The notes under the pieces: model-generated
Told to the model about the DNA's origin: nothing
The model's input: the letters and a program-made list of their open reading frames with translations, nothing else
Database searches by the model: none
Position numbers and translations under genes: made by a program
Shown: positions 1 through 10,445 of the stretch, piece by piece
Layout: each line of letters opens with the position of its first letter
Position numbering within the stretch: the stretch's first letter is position 1
Assembly: GCA_024280215.1 (NCBI GenBank)
Contig: JAJRQO010000007.1
Span: forward strand, 35,371 to 99,370
Direction: 5' to 3'
Length of the DNA stretch: 64,000 nt
Source of the DNA: Candidatus Zixiibacteriota bacterium
GTDB lineage: Bacteria; Zixibacteria; MSB-5A5; GN15; FEB-12

Positions 1-650
1 ATTTTGAGGAAGCACTCAGTTTGTGTAGAAAAGCATTTGAGCTCGCTCCATATAACTCTCAAGTTATCTCAACACTTTCTTTAATGGAAGGGTTCTATGG
101 TGATAGCAAAAAAGCAATTGAGCTATTGAATTTATCTATAGAACTTGACCCATTAAATACAGAAACATATTCTCATGCAGGAAGAATCTATTTAATACAT
201 GAACAATATGAAAAATCACAAGAGGGATATAAAAAAGCAATTCAACTAAGTCCAAATAGTACTTATAACTATATGGGTTTAGGATTGGCATTTTTGTTAG
301 ATGGTAAGCTTGAAAAAGCTCTCGAGTCTGTAAAACAAGAAAAAGGTCTTGGTTACATAAATTGTGGCTTAGCAATAGTCTATCATGCAATGAATAATAA
401 ATTGGAATCAGATAAAGCTCTTAATAATTTGATTGACGTTTCTTCAAATGAAGATAGTAGTTGGGCTTACCAAATCGCCATGGTGTATGGATATCGCTCT
501 GAAATTGATGATGCTTTTAAATGGCTTGATATTGCTTTGAGTGCTGGTGATGTGGGCATACCTCAAACTAAAGTTTTACCGTACTTTAAATCTTTACACT
601 CAGACCCTCGCTGGCCAAAACTTCTCAAACTAATTGGCTTTACCGAATAG
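1..650 (+). CDS. TPR-repeat protein, C-terminal part (5' end lies outside the window)
   Basis: The frame is open from base 3 (FEEALSLCRKAFELAP...), so the listed TTG at 21 is not the start. The sequence shows degenerate 34-residue TPR-like periodicity (A/L/Y/G/P pattern). Confidence 0.6.
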   Translation, partial: FEEALSLCRKAFELAPYNSQVISTLSLMEGFYGDSKKAIELLNLSIELDPLNTETYSHAGRIYLIHEQYEKSQEGYKKAIQLSPNSTYNYMGLGLAFLLDGKLEKALESVKQEKGLGYINCGLAIVYHAMNNKLESDKALNNLIDVSSNEDSSWAYQIAMVYGYRSEIDDAFKWLDIALSAGDVGIPQTKVLPYFKSLHSDPRWPKLLKLIGFTE

Positions 651-670
651 CATTATACTAAAAATAGATT

Positions 671-2329
671 TTAACTATTCTCATCGTTACTCACTACATT
701 CATTTTCAAAATGTTTGAAACAACTTCTTCAGCCGACACAACCTCAGATACAATAACATCGGACGCTCCCGCATCGGACAATCTTTGTACATCAAGTAAA
801 TATCTTGTTCGTGCTAAAATATGCAACTTCGCATTGACAGACCTTGCTGCTATTACGGCTTGTTCAATTGCCGATTGGTCATTTACCACAATGACAAATG
901 TTTTTGCTTTAGATGCCCCAAGAGATTCTAATACATCAGGGCTGGTAATATCTCCATAGAAAATTGGTTCGTTTCTTTGAAGTCCAAGACGAACATTTTC
1001 AGGATTAATATCGACTATCAAATGAGGGATGTTAAACTTTTTAAGAGCTTTTGCCAAGTCATGCCCAGCTAATCCGTACCCTCCTATTATGATATGTTCT
1101 TTTAAATGAGATGTTTGTTCAGACGCTTCTTCAGCAGTTTTGACGTCCATCAGTTTTGTAAGCACTTTAATTTTACCAACACCTGCTGCTAAAGTAGGTG
1201 CCAGCGTGAGAGCAAATGGAGTCAGGAGCATAGAAAAAACCGCCGCCGCCATAAGGTTGTTGGCATGGTTCGGTTCGATTAGTTGATATGTAGCCGCAAC
1301 TCCAAGCATAACAAATGAGAACTCTCCGATTTGGGCAAGGGCTGTTCCTGCCAATGCACTCACTCGCAGTGGCATTTTCATTGATAATCCAGTGATGAAG
1401 ACGATTAAAAATTTACCGAACATAATTCCCAAAAAGAGAATTACGATTGTGCCTAAATTTGGAATTATAATTGATAAATCTAATAACATGCCGACTGAGA
1501 CAAAGAAAATAGAAATAAAGACTTCTCTAAATGAAAAAATATCTGCCATCGCCTGATTGCGATAACCACTCCCACCAACAATTAAACCCGCCAAAAATGC
1601 TCCAAGGGCGAGAGAAATTCCGACACTTGCGGTTATCCATGCGGTGCCTATACAAATAAGTAGTACAGTCATAATGAAAAGATGTCTTTGACGAGTTTGA
1701 GCGATGACGTCCATTAACCTTGGTACAAACATTCGTGACGCAACCAAAACAACAGCAATAATAATCAACGATTCGATTAATGTCATAATTACATCAGTTG
1801 TCATACCATTTTTAGAACCTAAAAATGGTATAATCATTATCATTGGGACAACACATAAATCCTGAAAAATTAGAATACCGACTGTGAATCGTCCATGGGG
1901 GGCGTCGATTTCACCACGTTGTTCAAGCCCCTTGAGAACAATCGCAGTACTTGAAACAGCGACTATAAAACCAGTTAAGAGTGATGCTTCCCAAGCTAAT
2001 CCAATATATTTTGCAATTAAAAAACTAACACCAATAGAAAGTCCAACTTGTATAAAACCACCTATAAGTATTATTTTCCAAAGTCTCCGCAAACGATCCA
2101 GTGGGAACTCAAGCCCAATTCCAAAGAGTAAAAGAGTGACTCCGATTTCAGCAAGAACTTGTACCTGATGCATATCATTAACAAAGCCAAGCCCTTTTGG
2201 TCCAACTACCATGCCAGCGACAATAAATCCTGCGATTGTAGGGATTTTAAACCGATGGAAAATTGCGACTATTGCAACACCGATTCCCATAATTACGACC
2301 ATGTCTCTGAGATAATCTATTTCATGCAT
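671..2329 (-). CDS. Kef-type monovalent cation:proton antiporter (CPA2) with C-terminal RCK/TrkA-N domain
   Basis: 552 aa with about 12 TM helices and a Na_H_exchanger-like core. The C-terminal IIIGGYGLAGHDLAKAL Rossmann GxGxxG motif is typical of KefB/KefC/YbaL. Confidence 0.8.
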   Translation of the reverse strand: MHEIDYLRDMVVIMGIGVAIVAIFHRFKIPTIAGFIVAGMVVGPKGLGFVNDMHQVQVLAEIGVTLLLFGIGLEFPLDRLRRLWKIILIGGFIQVGLSIGVSFLIAKYIGLAWEASLLTGFIVAVSSTAIVLKGLEQRGEIDAPHGRFTVGILIFQDLCVVPMIMIIPFLGSKNGMTTDVIMTLIESLIIIAVVLVASRMFVPRLMDVIAQTRQRHLFIMTVLLICIGTAWITASVGISLALGAFLAGLIVGGSGYRNQAMADIFSFREVFISIFFVSVGMLLDLSIIIPNLGTIVILFLGIMFGKFLIVFITGLSMKMPLRVSALAGTALAQIGEFSFVMLGVAATYQLIEPNHANNLMAAAVFSMLLTPFALTLAPTLAAGVGKIKVLTKLMDVKTAEEASEQTSHLKEHIIIGGYGLAGHDLAKALKKFNIPHLIVDINPENVRLGLQRNEPIFYGDITSPDVLESLGASKAKTFVIVVNDQSAIEQAVIAARSVNAKLHILARTRYLLDVQRLSDAGASDVIVSEVVSAEEVVSNILKMNVVSNDENS

Positions 2330-2856
2330 GCTATTTTCCTATTACGTGTTAAAAATCTATCTATTTTCATCTTACAAAAACAAATGATATTTATGACTCT
2401 CAATCAACAAGAATAAGTGAGAAGATTTTTATAAGTGCAAAAAAACATCCCGACTCTTCTGAATGTTCCTAATAGGGGAGATCGAGTTGATCAAATAGGA
2501 AGCAGCAACCTTCTAAAAAAGGCGAAGAGAAGGGATATCTTGAAGTTGATGCTTTAAAGTAGCCGTGGATGCATACTTTAAAACAATCAATGTTTTAAAT
2601 GTCGTTTATACAAATTTCTTAATTTACATGTGCTCCTAAGTTGTTTCGTTTATTATAAGATGAATATCTTACCAAATTGATGCAGATTATTAGATAAAAT
2701 TTATAAAATCATAAAGTAAATTTTATTTTTATTTATGTAATAAAAGACTATTCAGGTACCGTTTTTGAAATAACTTAAGTGGTTGTTGTGTAGGGTGATA
2801 GAAGTAACATAGTTTTTCCAAAAGAATATTATCAACTAATTATATAATAAATTGTG

Positions 2857-2910
2857 TTGACATAATTTAAAATACCGATATATTTAACTAAATATAGTTG
2901 CATGTGCAAC
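2857..2910 (+). promoter_or_regulatory. Putative sigma70 promoter plus perfect palindromic operator in front of the marR-RND operon
   Basis: TTGACA lies at 2857-2862, followed by a 16-nt spacer and TATATT at 2879-2884. The palindrome GTTGCA-TG-TGCAAC (2897-2910) lies between the -10 element and the start codon at 2930, the classical position for MarR autorepression. Confidence 0.45.
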
Positions 2911-2929
2911 AGTTACAAATAGAACTATA

Positions 2930-3379
2930 ATGGTGGAACGCATGAAAAAAACAGAACATATATTAGGTCGATTAATTGGTGTCAGCTGGAGAAGTATGCG
3001 TAAACAGCTGGCTAAGAATATTGACCAAACAGAACATACTATTTCAGCAGAACAGGGAATAATTCTTGCTATGCTGAGTCACTATGATAAAGTCAATCAA
3101 CAGATGTTGACAGAGTTTCTTAATTGTGAGAAAACAGCAATCACAAGGTGGCTTGATTATTTAGAATCGATGAAACTTGTAAAACGAAACCCTGATAAAA
3201 ATGACCGCAGGCAAAATATTTTACAATTAACTAAAAAAGGGCAAAAATTTGCTGCTGAGTTTATTGAAATCGGAATTTTAACCGAATCACAGGCACTAAA
3301 AGGAATTGACAAAGATAAAGCAAAAATATGTAAAGAAGTATTAATGCAGATAATTTCAAACTTGGAAACAATAGAATAA
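2930..3379 (+). CDS. MarR-family transcriptional regulator
   Basis: 149 aa with a winged-helix core (..LTEFLNCEKTAITRWLDYLESMKLVKRNPDKNDRRQNILQLTKKG..). It is the first gene of the efflux operon. Confidence 0.8.
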   Translation: MVERMKKTEHILGRLIGVSWRSMRKQLAKNIDQTEHTISAEQGIILAMLSHYDKVNQQMLTEFLNCEKTAITRWLDYLESMKLVKRNPDKNDRRQNILQLTKKGQKFAAEFIEIGILTESQALKGIDKDKAKICKEVLMQIISNLETIE

Positions 3380-3392
3380 CAATAGAGGTTTT

Positions 3393-4532
3393 ATGAAAAA
3401 GTACGCAAAATATTTTATACCAGTTATTATTATAGTGGTTGGATTTTTGGCTATGAATTTTCTGATTAGTCTAAAAAAGAAAACACCCAAACATGAAATT
3501 GTCATTAGTTCAAAAATTGTTTCAACTGAAGAAGTCAAACTTCAGTCAGTTGTTACTAATATATCTCTCTTTGGAAGAGCGGCTACATCGGAACCAATTA
3601 TGTTGAACTCTGAAGTAAACGGTATATTGGAGTCTGGCGATATTGATTTTAAAGTGTCTGAGAGTTTTTCAAAAGGTGATTTGATTTGTAAAGTTGATGA
3701 CCGTCAGGCAATGTATACTCTCAACTCAGCAAAATCAGATTTGTTAAACGCTCTTGCTAATGTACTTCCAGAGATTAAAGTTGATTTTGAACATGACTAT
3801 AGAGTTTGGCAGGACTATTTTAATAGTTGTACATTTGATTCGAAATTATCACCTCTTCCAGAGGTATCAAATGACAAGATTCATTTATATTTGTCTCGTT
3901 TTAATGTCTACAAATTATATTATAATGTTTTAAATCTCGAAATAATTTTGGAAAAACATTATTTCTATGCGCCATTTGATGGTTCGATTACAAAGGCGAA
4001 TCTCCAAGCTGGTTCATCAGTTCGTGTAGGTCTTCTTATTGGTGAAATTATAAATACGAAGGAAATGGAAATTGCGGTACCTGTTGAGACCAAAAATATA
4101 TCATGGATTGATAAAAATAAAAATGTCGTGATTAAGTCTTCTGAATTTTCAAAAGAATGGACTGGTGTTATTACTCGTATCGGTAGCAATGTTGATACAA
4201 GAACTCAGACGGTTGATATTTTTATTAAAGTAGATAATGGAAAGGATGGCCAAATACTTAATAATGTTTTTGTCGAAGTTGAGTTCCAAGGAAAAGCAAT
4301 AGAAAATTCATTCGCGATTCCATCAATGGCTCTCTATGAAGAATCTTACGTCTATCTAATTAAAGATGGAAAACTCGCTAGGCAGAATGTCAATCTTATT
4401 CGACGTGAGTCAAGCCGTGTAATTATCTCAAGTGGAATTAAGACTGGGGACATGATTGTTGTCGAAGCACTCCAAGGTGTTGCATCGGGTATGCTTGCTA
4501 AATCAAAATCTAATTTGTCGGGAGCTAACTAA
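3393..4532 (+). CDS. RND efflux periplasmic adaptor (membrane fusion protein, HlyD family)
   Basis: 379 aa with an N-terminal TM anchor and barrel-sandwich/beta-barrel regions. AGAGG lies upstream, and the stop overlaps the permease ATG (TAATG). Confidence 0.8.
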   Translation: MKKYAKYFIPVIIIVVGFLAMNFLISLKKKTPKHEIVISSKIVSTEEVKLQSVVTNISLFGRAATSEPIMLNSEVNGILESGDIDFKVSESFSKGDLICKVDDRQAMYTLNSAKSDLLNALANVLPEIKVDFEHDYRVWQDYFNSCTFDSKLSPLPEVSNDKIHLYLSRFNVYKLYYNVLNLEIILEKHYFYAPFDGSITKANLQAGSSVRVGLLIGEIINTKEMEIAVPVETKNISWIDKNKNVVIKSSEFSKEWTGVITRIGSNVDTRTQTVDIFIKVDNGKDGQILNNVFVEVEFQGKAIENSFAIPSMALYEESYVYLIKDGKLARQNVNLIRRESSRVIISSGIKTGDMIVVEALQGVASGMLAKSKSNLSGAN

Positions 4533-7500
4533 TGCAAAGACTCATGGCGTATCTTATTAGATATCCTATTTGGGTGCAAGTATTCATGGGGTCTGTAATT
4601 CTGTTCGGACTTATTTCGCTTGCTCAAATTAGATTCTCATTTTTCCCAGAAGCAATTCCTCGAATTATTATGGTTGAGGTTAGGTATCCTGGAGCATCAC
4701 CAGATGAAGTTGCTGAAGGGGTAGTTTTAAAAATTGAGGAAAATTTGGAAGGTCTCTTAGGCATTGAAAGAGTAACATCTGTCTCAAAAGAAAATGTTGG
4801 TATCGTAACAGTTGAAACAACAATTTATTCTGATATTGATAAAGTTCTCACCGATGTTAAAAATGCAGTTGATCGAATTATATCATTTCCACAAGATGCT
4901 GAGAATCCTATAATTTTCAAACAGGAGTTTAACGCACTCTCACTTGTAATAGGAATCAATGGAGATACCGACTTATATAATCTAAAAGATATTTCTGAAA
5001 AGTTCCGCGATGAACTTTTAGCAACCGAGGAAATATCCCAGGTATCTATTACAGGTCTACCAGAACTTGAATTTTCAATTGAGCTTTCAGAAGCAAAACT
5101 TCGTCAATACCAACTTCGTTTTGAAGATATTCGTTTATCCGTATTAAAATCAAATCTTAATATTTCTGGTGGTAAATTTGACACCGAAGATGAAGAGATT
5201 TTAATTCGTGCTTGGGGGAGAGGTTACTATGCGGAAGATATCATGAACATTCCGATCCGTGGTAATAGCGATGGAACTGTCATACTCCTTCGTGATGTTG
5301 CAAAAGTACACGAACAATGGGAAGATATTCCGAACAAATTTTACTACAACGGAAAATATTCAGCATCAATAAATATTAATCAAACAGCAAGTGAAGATAT
5401 TTTAATTATTGCTGAAAAAGCTAAAGAACTGATGCAAAAATTTAATGAAGAACATACTGCCGTAAAAGCCGTTGTACTTCGCGATATGACTATTATGCTA
5501 TCACAACGTATAGATTTGCTTGTTAAAAATGGTATCCTTGGGCTGATCTTAATTATTATCACTTTAGGTTTTTTCTTAAATTTGAGGCTTTCGTATTGGG
5601 TAGCGACTTCGATTCCATTCTCATTTGCTGGTATGTTCATTGTAGCAAACTTTGTTGGCATAACAGTCAATGTTATGACACTTGCGGGGATGATTATTGT
5701 TGTCGGTATATTGGTTGATGATGCCATTGTGGTCGGTGAAAATATCTTTGCTCATTTTGAACGAGGGAAGACAGCACTACAAGCGGCTATCGACGGCTCC
5801 AAAGAAGTGATTGCTCCAGTGATGACATCAGTATTTACCACTGTTATTATTTTCTTAGGACTCTTCTTCTTGGAAGGTCGTCTTGGTGAAATGATGTGGC
5901 AGATGTCACTTGTTGTAGTTGCTTCACTTTTGTTCTCACTTGCGGAAGCATTTTTAATTCTTCCATCGCATTTAGCACATTCAAAAGGGTTAAGGCATGG
6001 ACAAAAAGTGTATCCTATTCGGAAGAAAATTGAAGATAGCATAATCAAGGTAACTAATAAAGTATACGGACCTGTCTTAAAATTAGCACTTGCACATAAA
6101 TGGATAGTCGCAATTGTGCCAATTGCATTTATAATGATTACTGTTGGACTACTCAAGGGTGGTCTTGTGGGTGTAACATTTTTCCCAAATGTTGATGGTG
6201 ATGAAATCCCTATCAACATCGCTTTAGTAGCAGGAACCCAAGAAGCAAAAACAGATTCTATACTATATGAAATCGAAAAAATCTGCTGGCAAATAAATGA
6301 TGAGATAAAAGATGAACGGGAAGATCACAAAGATGTTGTCCTATCTGTTCAACGTGAAATCGGTTCCAATGGTCTTGGTGAATCAGGCAGTCATACTGGT
6401 CGGTTGTTAGTTCAGCTCTTAGATGGTGAAATCGAGATATGGAGAGCAACGATATTTCAAACCGTATTGCCGCCAAGGTGGGTGATATTCCAGAGGCACT
6501 TAATCTGACTTTTACAGAAAGTAATCGATTTGGGAAAGCGGTATCAATCTCCCTCTTAGGTGAAAACTCCAAAGAGTTAGATAAAGCGACAACTTTACTT
6601 CGTGCTGAACTTGCCAACTTTACAACACTTAAAGATATTACTGATACAAACCAAAAAGGTCGTAGAGAAATAAATATTAGTCTAAAACCGTTAGCCTACT
6701 CACTTGGTTTAACGCTTCAAGATATAGTTGGTCAAATCCGCCAAGGTTTCTTTGGACAGGAGATTCAAAGGATTCAAAGAGGTCGAAATGAGTTACGAGT
6801 TTGGGTACGTTACCAACCAAATGATAGATCTTCTCTTAGTAATCTTGAACAACTTCGTATAAGAACTATGAGTGGTGCTGAGTACCCATTTGCTGATCTT
6901 GCCTCGTATACTATTGAACGTGGGATTACGCAGATAAATCATTTGACCAGAAGACAAGAGATAAAAGTTGAAGCGAATCAGTCTGACGGTAAGGATGATC
7001 TTGGACCGATTCTTGAAGAAATTGAATTAGATGTCTTCCCAAAAATTCTTGCACAAGTGAAAGGTGTCACCGCTCACTTTGAAGGACAATCACGTGAAAA
7101 AAATAAAATGCAACGTTCGATGTTGTCTTCATTTGGAGTTGCTCTTATTGCGATGTTTATTCTGATAGTGCTTGTCTTCAGATCATACGCTCAAGCAGGC
7201 ATGATATTTTCACTCATTCCTCTCGGTGTTTTAGGTGCTATCTGGGGACATGGAATTCAAGGTATTCAACTTAATTTGCTTTCGGCGATAGGTGTCTTGG
7301 CTCTCTCAGGAATTATTGTCAATGACTCTATTGTTTTTGTCGATCAGACAAATAGATTTTTAAAAGCTGGGCAGAAAGTTGAAGATGCTGTCTATAACGC
7401 AGGGATTGCTCGGTTCCGTCCTATTTTACTAACTACACTAACCACCGCACTTGGAATGGCTCCACTTATTTTGGAAACAAGCCGACAGGCTAAATTTTTA

Positions 7501-7722
7501 ATTCCGATGGCAGCTGCTGTTGCCTATGGACTTGTCTTCGGTACTATTGTAATGCTAATTATTCTTCCTTCATATTTCTTAGCATTTAATAAAATCAGAT
7601 TAAAATTCGCACATATATATATTGATGAATCAGCAACTGCCGAATCAGTTGAACCTGCGGTCAAAGAACTAACTAATATTTTGGATGCCTATAATACAGA
7701 AACGGAGGATAAAAATGCGTAA
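4532..7722 (+). pseudogene. RND efflux permease (AcrB/HAE1-like) interrupted by a 1-nt frameshift near 6428-6432
   Basis: ORFs 4532-6508 and 6439-7722 together make one AcrB-sized protein. Frame 1 reads ..LLVQLLDGE and then turns into nonsense. Frame 2 continues NRDMESNDISNRIAAKVGDIPEALNLTF..., the expected continuation. The frame-2 stop TGA at 6427-6429 pins the junction to the GAAAT run. Confidence 0.8.
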
Positions 7723-9016
7723 GCTTATCCTTATTATATTTATACTATCGGCGACATCAATCAATGCTCAGCAATTATTGAGTTTAGAAGAAGCGGTTTC
7801 GTATGGTCTACAACACAATTACAATATCCAAATTGTAGAAAACCAAAATAAAATTGCTGATAAAAACAGAGCAAAAGGTCTCGCAGGCTTTTTACCTATT
7901 ATAGATTTTACTGGCTCAGCGATGAATATTGATAATGAAACCGAAACAGATACCGCATTGATAAATTCTGATATTCAAAATGTCAAAGCTGAGTTGTCAC
8001 TCAATTGGACTCTTTTTGATGGATTCAGAATGTTTGCCAATAAAAACATGTTTAATGAACTTGCTGAAATTTCTTCCTATCAGACAAAAGATAAAATTGA
8101 ACAGACAATAGTGATGATCTCGCAAGCATACTTTAATATTATTCAACAGGAAAAACTTCTTGATGCTGCACGTAAATCAAAAGAGATTTCCGAATTAAGA
8201 TTAAAAAGAGAAAAAACTCGCAATTCAATAGGTGGAGCATCATCGACTGAGTTCTACAAAGCTCAGGTAGCTTATAATCTTGATCATACAAATTATCTGC
8301 GACAAAAAACAAACGCACAACTTGCTTATGAACAACTCAATATTTTGTTAGGGAGAGATGCTTTAGAAAAATTTATCGTTGAAAAAGAAATTCGGTTATC
8401 AGAACTAAAACTTTCGCAAAGTGAGATTATCAAACAAGCACTTGATGCTAACAGTTCGTTAAAAGCTGCTGACCTACTTCAAAAAATTGCCGATCGAAAA
8501 GTGCAAGTAGCAAAATCATTTTTCTATCCACGAGTTGGACTTGTTGCGGGGTACGCTTTAAGTGATCAATCAAGAAGCTCAACTATCAGAGATTTTACAT
8601 ATCCCGATTTTTCAACAAAAACAACTGATGCGACTATTGGATTAGTGTTGTCGTTTAATCTCTTTAATGGTCAGAAGGATAAAACCGATTTAAGCAACGC
8701 CAAGATTGAAAAGAAAAACCAAATGCTTGCTTACCGAGATGCTCGCAATAAATTGATTGGTTATGTCTCTGAAATTTATTCAAAACATAATCAACAAAAA
8801 GAGATTGTTGATTTGGAGTTGTATAACATTAAGTCAGCAAAACAAAACTTAGAGCTACATCAGGAACGTAATAATTTGGGGGTTTCAAATTCTCTTGAAT
8901 TTCGTGATGCTCAGCTATCGCTTTTCAAAGCCGAGACTTCGCTTATATCAGCCCAATTTCAAACTGCTGTATTCCGTTTGGAAATTGAAAGGATAATCGG
9001 TATACTTTCTAAATGA
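7715..9016 (+). CDS. TolC-family outer-membrane efflux channel
   Basis: Signal peptide MRKLILIIFILSATSINAQQ and two OEP repeats. GGAGG lies 6 nt upstream of the ATG at 7715, so that start is preferred over the ORF-track start at 7685. Confidence 0.8.
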   Translation: MRKLILIIFILSATSINAQQLLSLEEAVSYGLQHNYNIQIVENQNKIADKNRAKGLAGFLPIIDFTGSAMNIDNETETDTALINSDIQNVKAELSLNWTLFDGFRMFANKNMFNELAEISSYQTKDKIEQTIVMISQAYFNIIQQEKLLDAARKSKEISELRLKREKTRNSIGGASSTEFYKAQVAYNLDHTNYLRQKTNAQLAYEQLNILLGRDALEKFIVEKEIRLSELKLSQSEIIKQALDANSSLKAADLLQKIADRKVQVAKSFFYPRVGLVAGYALSDQSRSSTIRDFTYPDFSTKTTDATIGLVLSFNLFNGQKDKTDLSNAKIEKKNQMLAYRDARNKLIGYVSEIYSKHNQQKEIVDLELYNIKSAKQNLELHQERNNLGVSNSLEFRDAQLSLFKAETSLISAQFQTAVFRLEIERIIGILSK

Positions 9017-9819
9017 AAGTTGATGACAACGAAATAAAAAATTTTCAAAAAAAGATACGGAAGTTCTATCGTTTTCACGGACGAGAACTTCCGTTTCGAT
9101 TTATAGATGATCCCTATGCTGTTACTGTCTCTGAGTTGATGCTTCAACAAACACAAGTCGAGCGGGTTATTCCAAAATTTCATATGTGGATGAAACAATT
9201 TCCAACATGGGAAAAATTATCTAAAGCATCAAATCAATCTATCTTATCAGCATGGTCTGGCTTAGGTTACAACAGACGAGCGTTGTATCTAAAGAAAATA
9301 GCTGACGTTATAACAAATAAGCATTATGGCGTCATGCCAACCAATCTGCATGAGCTTCAAAAACTGCCAGGTATCGGAGTCTATACATCACATGCAATTC
9401 TTATTTTCGCATTTCAAAAACGTCTTGCCGCAGTTGATACAAATATTCGCAAAGTTATCTTGAGTTCATTTGATTTCAGCCCAGAAACTTCTGTGAAAGT
9501 GACACAACAATTAGCCGAGCATGTCCTACCAAAATCAAAAATTCGAGAGTGGCATTATGCACTGATGGACTACGCCAAAACTCTCCCATCTGATGTTCAT
9601 AAAAGATATGCCGCTAAGCACAAACAAACAAAATTTGAAGGTTCTCTTAGACAAATTCGGGGAGAAATAATTAGGCAATTAACAAAAGAAAAACATACAA
9701 CTTTTATACGAATTTCGAAATCAACTCGAAGAAGTGATATGGATATATCTGATGCTCTTGCAAGTTTGGAAAAAGAGGGTACAATCAATATCTCAAAAAA
9801 CATAATCAAACTCAGCTGA
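9013..9819 (+). CDS. MutY-like HhH-GPD DNA glycosylase lacking Fe-S cysteines, with a wHTH-like C-terminus
   Basis: Contains VSELMLQQTQVERV, the LPGIGVYTS hairpin-helix-hairpin and AAVDTNIRKV (catalytic Asp context). The 268-aa protein has no cysteine at all. Confidence 0.6.
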   Translation: MKVDDNEIKNFQKKIRKFYRFHGRELPFRFIDDPYAVTVSELMLQQTQVERVIPKFHMWMKQFPTWEKLSKASNQSILSAWSGLGYNRRALYLKKIADVITNKHYGVMPTNLHELQKLPGIGVYTSHAILIFAFQKRLAAVDTNIRKVILSSFDFSPETSVKVTQQLAEHVLPKSKIREWHYALMDYAKTLPSDVHKRYAAKHKQTKFEGSLRQIRGEIIRQLTKEKHTTFIRISKSTRRSDMDISDALASLEKEGTINISKNIIKLS

Positions 9820-9896
9820 ATCATTATACTAAAAATTAACTGGAACTCTTTTATTCTCTTTGTTGTTTCATGAATAGAGAAAACAAAGGAGATTTC

Positions 9897-10445
9897 ATGC
9901 GGTATCAAAAAAAACTATTATTCCTATTTACGACATTTATGATTTTATCCGTATTTATTATGTATAGCAACATTATCTCACAACCCAAAAAGGATACAAG
10001 CGTGAAAAAAGATAAAAAAGAGCTCATCCCAAATGCTGAAGGTAAAATTGTCTTAACTGATGCTGAATGGAAGGAGCGACTCACCGATGAAGAGTATCAT
10101 GTTTTACGCCAAAAAGGCACAGAGCAAGGTGGTACCGGCAAATTCTATCATAATAAAGCAGATGGAAAGTATTATTGTGCGGGGTGCGGATACGAACTTT
10201 TCGACTCTGAAACCAAGTATGATTCTGGTTCAGGATGGCCAGCATTTTTCAAACCTGCCACCGATTCATCGGTTGCCGAGATAGACGACTCAACCTTAGG
10301 AATGAGACGTATCGAGGTTAAATGTCAAAGATGTGATTCTCATTTAGGACATGTTTTTGATGATGGACCAAACCCAACTGGACTCCGTTATTGTGTAAAC
10401 TCCGCATCGTTACTCTTTAAACCAGATAGCACTGAGAAAAAATGA
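9897..10445 (+). CDS. msrB: Peptide-methionine (R)-S-oxide reductase MsrB with N-terminal hydrophobic anchor or signal
   Basis: Contains CAGCGYELF...GWPAF...[12 protein letters not shown]...RYCVNSASL, which are the SelR zinc and catalytic motifs. AAAGGAG lies 5 nt upstream of the ATG at 9897. The N-terminus is [17 protein letters not shown]. Confidence 0.85.
   Translation: MRYQKKLLFLFTTFMILSVFIMYSNIISQPKKDTSVKKDKKELIPNAEGKIVLTDAEWKERLTDEEYHVLRQKGTEQGGTGKFYHNKADGKYYCAGCGYELFDSETKYDSGSGWPAFFKPATDSSVAEIDDSTLGMRRIEVKCQRCDSHLGHVFDDGPNPTGLRYCVNSASLLFKPDSTEKK

Noticed and set aside
136-390. Many 60-155-aa ORFs lie antisense to, or out of frame within, long genes. Examples are 136-390, 711-959, 1884-2168, 5380-5727, 5752-6219, 13299-13610, 14442-14750, 16284-16715, 49280-49690, 49919-50344 and 53891-54412.
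   Set aside because: Each is fully embedded in a longer ORF that has clear family signatures. Their translations are low-complexity or compositionally odd (Ser/Ile/Phe-rich shadows of AT-rich coding sequence), and none has an RBS-like context.
2480-2512. A GGAAGCAGC word reminiscent of the conserved 3' strand of SRP RNA domain IV, in the 600-nt kef-marR spacer.
   Set aside because: The complementary 5' strand (..GGUCAGGUCC-GGAA..) and the tetraloop are absent on either strand, and no flanking helix can be drawn.
6425-6441. Programmed -1 ribosomal frameshifting in the RND permease.
   Set aside because: The junction GGTGAAATCG is not an X-XXY-YYZ slippery heptamer, and I see no downstream stem-loop or pseudoknot. 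An indel in the A-run is the simpler explanation.
6439-7722. The second RND ORF treated as an independent gene starting at the ATG at 6439.
   Set aside because: It begins in the middle of the AcrB porter domain and overlaps the first ORF by 70 nt. It has no RBS and would lack TM1-7, so it is the 3' half of a frameshifted gene.
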